NCBI GenBank assembly: GCA_965648905.1
Contig: CBFGIT010000018.1
Location: 1-60,877 of the forward strand
DNA length: 60,877 nucleotides
Direction: 5' to 3'
Origin: a candidate division WOR-3 bacterium
GTDB lineage: Bacteria; Hydrothermota; Tepidihabitantia; Tepidihabitantales; Tepidihabitantaceae
How positions within the stretch are numbered: the first letter of the stretch is position 1; each line of letters starts with the position of its first letter. Both the position numbers and the translations under genes were made by a program. Of the stretch, positions 58,817 through 60,877 are shown piece by piece. The notes below the pieces were generated by a model. That model worked only from the letters and a program-made list of their open reading frames with translations. It did not search any database and was not told where the DNA came from.

Positions 58817-60877
58817 TCATTGCCCGGCGACAACGACGACCTTTTCCGCTAGCGGCCCGGTATCGGTCAGGAACATCAGCACGTAGACGCCCGCCGGCAA
58901 TGCAGCTATGTCCAGTTCCGCTCTCCTGCTGCCACGGGTCTCAAGACCGCGCCAAGCCATCACCGAACGCCCCAGCGCGTCATTGAGACAAATCTGCCTG
59001 ACAGGGGATTCGAGCCCGGCAGTGTTCACCAGCAGCTTCCCGCGGGTTGCAACCACGCAGCCCCCCGGGATTCGAAGAATCGCCCTGCTCTGCACCTGCA
59101 CGCCACCGCGGGCACAGACCTGATTCTGGGCCGCGCCGACCACGTACCGCCAGCATTCAAGTGTCTTGTTCCCTTTCAGGGCAAAGAACGCTCCGCGGCC
59201 GTAGCATTCGATATCGCCGCCGTACGACACCTTTCTGCGCCTGCCCGTTGAACCGATGCCCGGCATGGTGTCGAGTTCGTACCACGAGTCGGCTTTGGGG
59301 TCGTACCGCCAGAACTCCTGGGTGTTGCCCCCTTTCAGCGCGTAGATTGCGCCGTCATGCCAGGCTCCGTCTGCACCATCCTTCGACTTCTTGCGGCGGC
59401 CAGTTACCCGGCTCTGCATCGGCATCCCGGCCAGCAGTTTCCTGCTCCATGAGTCGGCATGTGCATGATAGCACGCGAACTCGTGGTACCTGGCCTTATG
59501 AGCAAAGATGGTCGTTGCGCCGTCGGAACAAAGCCAAGACCCGCGCTGCCAACGCTGGCCACTGCCCACCAGTGCCGGCGCCAGTTGCTGCCAGACACCG
59601 GTAACCGTGTTGTAGCGGCAGAAGTCGTCTCGATAGCCCTTGAGCAGATAGACGAAACCGGTATCGTTGATTACCAGATACTCAAGGTCACCACCGCCGC
59701 GCACCCGGGTTCGACCCGGCTCAAACGGCACGTCGGCCAGTTGCAGCCAGGAATCGGTCGCCGCAACATAGCACCAGAACCCAAGCATGTTGTTGCCCTT
59801 GACCGCATAGACTCGACCATTGCCATCGGCAACTCCTGCTGCTCCGCGATACGGCATCCTGCCTTCGATTCCGGCCGGCATCGGGGCAAGCGGCGCCCAG
59901 ATGTCGGCCACCGGGTCAAACAAGTAGAAATCCGGGGTCTTGTTGCCTCGAGCTGCATAGATGAACCGCGTTCCAGGCATGTATGCGAGCCAGGCACCAT
60001 GCTTGACCGTCCGGCCTGAGACTGTGGCCGGCATCGGTGCCACCTCGTGCCACCCGGCCGGCCACTCAAGCCCAACCAGGACCGAATCGCGCCGACTGTC
60101 GTTGCCGGGGTTCGCATCGGCCGCGAGCATGGTTGTACACCGGACTGAAGACCATCCTGGAACGCTGCCTGCTGTCCACGACTCAAAGCTGACAATCCGC
60201 TCCTGTCCGGGCAACAGGCTGGCCACGACCGAGCGTTGTGTGTAACCGGACCCAATATCTAGCATCACGTCGAATGTCTCAGCGCTGGTACCGAAGTTAC
60301 GTGCCCTGACCCTAGGCGTGACCTCCTCACCGAAGCCGACCGCGCCGACCGGCGCGATGATGGCAGCGGTGCCGACGTCGTGCACCACCACGTCCACGAG
60401 CTCGGTGACAAGGTCGTTCCCGGGGTTCTGGTCCAGTACGTACTCGGTCGAGCACCGCACCAGATGCGGCCCGCGCACCCGCGCAGTCCAGACCGGAAAC
60501 CCCACCGTGTCGCTCGCTCCCGCTCCCAGCACCTTGGCCCGCACCTGGTTGTATCCCTCACCTTCAATCCGCAGCCGGACATTGAAGCTCGCCGGCACCA
60601 CGTTGTTGTTCCGCACCCGCGCCACCGGTACCGCAGTGCTGCCAGAGTCAATCCTGCCCACCGGCGCGAGTACCGCCTCAACTTCAACGTCCTCCTGCAC
60701 CACCAGCACCGGCGCTGCGGCCAGGTCGTTGCCCCGGTTCATGTCTCCTGAGAGCATGGTCGAGCAGCGCACCGTGTACGTGCCCGCCTCAGGCTGCCAG
60801 ACCGGAAAGAGAACCGTATCAAGCTGGCCACCGGTGAGTCGCACCGCCACCGTCTCGTCATAGGCCGCATTCTGTAC
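58817..60877 (-). CDS. 5'-partial surface protein: CARDB repeats, Kelch-like propeller, CTD
   Basis: Frame open to window end; D.NPGND repeats; RGNKT, KGNN, KGGNT, KGNKT; LPAGVYVL. Confidence 0.88.
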   Translation of the reverse strand, partial: VQNAAYDETVAVRLTGGQLDTVLFPVWQPEAGTYTVRCSTMLSGDMNRGNDLAAAPVLVVQEDVEVEAVLAPVGRIDSGSTAVPVARVRNNNVVPASFNVRLRIEGEGYNQVRAKVLGAGASDTVGFPVWTARVRGPHLVRCSTEYVLDQNPGNDLVTELVDVVVHDVGTAAIIAPVGAVGFGEEVTPRVRARNFGTSAETFDVMLDIGSGYTQRSVVASLLPGQERIVSFESWTAGSVPGWSSVRCTTMLAADANPGNDSRRDSVLVGLEWPAGWHEVAPMPATVSGRTVKHGAWLAYMPGTRFIYAARGNKTPDFYLFDPVADIWAPLAPMPAGIEGRMPYRGAAGVADGNGRVYAVKGNNMLGFWCYVAATDSWLQLADVPFEPGRTRVRGGGDLEYLVINDTGFVYLLKGYRDDFCRYNTVTGVWQQLAPALVGSGQRWQRGSWLCSDGATTIFAHKARYHEFACYHAHADSWSRKLLAGMPMQSRVTGRRKKSKDGADGAWHDGAIYALKGGNTQEFWRYDPKADSWYELDTMPGIGSTGRRRKVSYGGDIECYGRGAFFALKGNKTLECWRYVVGAAQNQVCARGGVQVQSRAILRIPGGCVVATRGKLLVNTAGLESPVRQICLNDALGRSVMAWRGLETRGSRRAELDIAALPAGVYVLMFLTDTGPLAEKVVVVAGQ

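Overview
GC-rich diderm bacterial chromosome segment. My inference is an FCB-related lineage, most likely candidate division WOR-3, based on the many secreted proteins ending in a T9SS-type C-terminal sorting domain. Housekeeping content: HPr/EI, PGI-PMI, sugar nucleotidyltransferase, tgt, archease, cysteine desulfurase, lspA, murJ, PBP1A, zur-znuCBA, sucCD, dCMP deaminase and an RRM protein. It also has two phosphate ABC operons (porin-pstSCAB-phoU-phoBR and pstSCA-B-B'), each with Pho-box-like repeats, and about nine CTD-bearing surface proteins. No tRNA, rRNA, CRISPR array, transposase or integrase was recognised. Main observations: (1) an Omp28-like secreted selenoprotein with an in-frame UGA (UxxC) and SECIS-like hairpin, truncated in the ORF track; (2) a PstB/PstB' pair whose motif lesions all fall in one composite ATP site; (3) 16 of 17 recognisable sigma70-like promoters have a 16-bp spacer, one containing a G9 tract; (4) a recurring Lys-rich Kelch-like propeller before the CTD; (5) a degenerate 12-bp-periodic element truncating a GH113-like gene. 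All family calls come from motif recognition by eye; no searches or folding programs were run.
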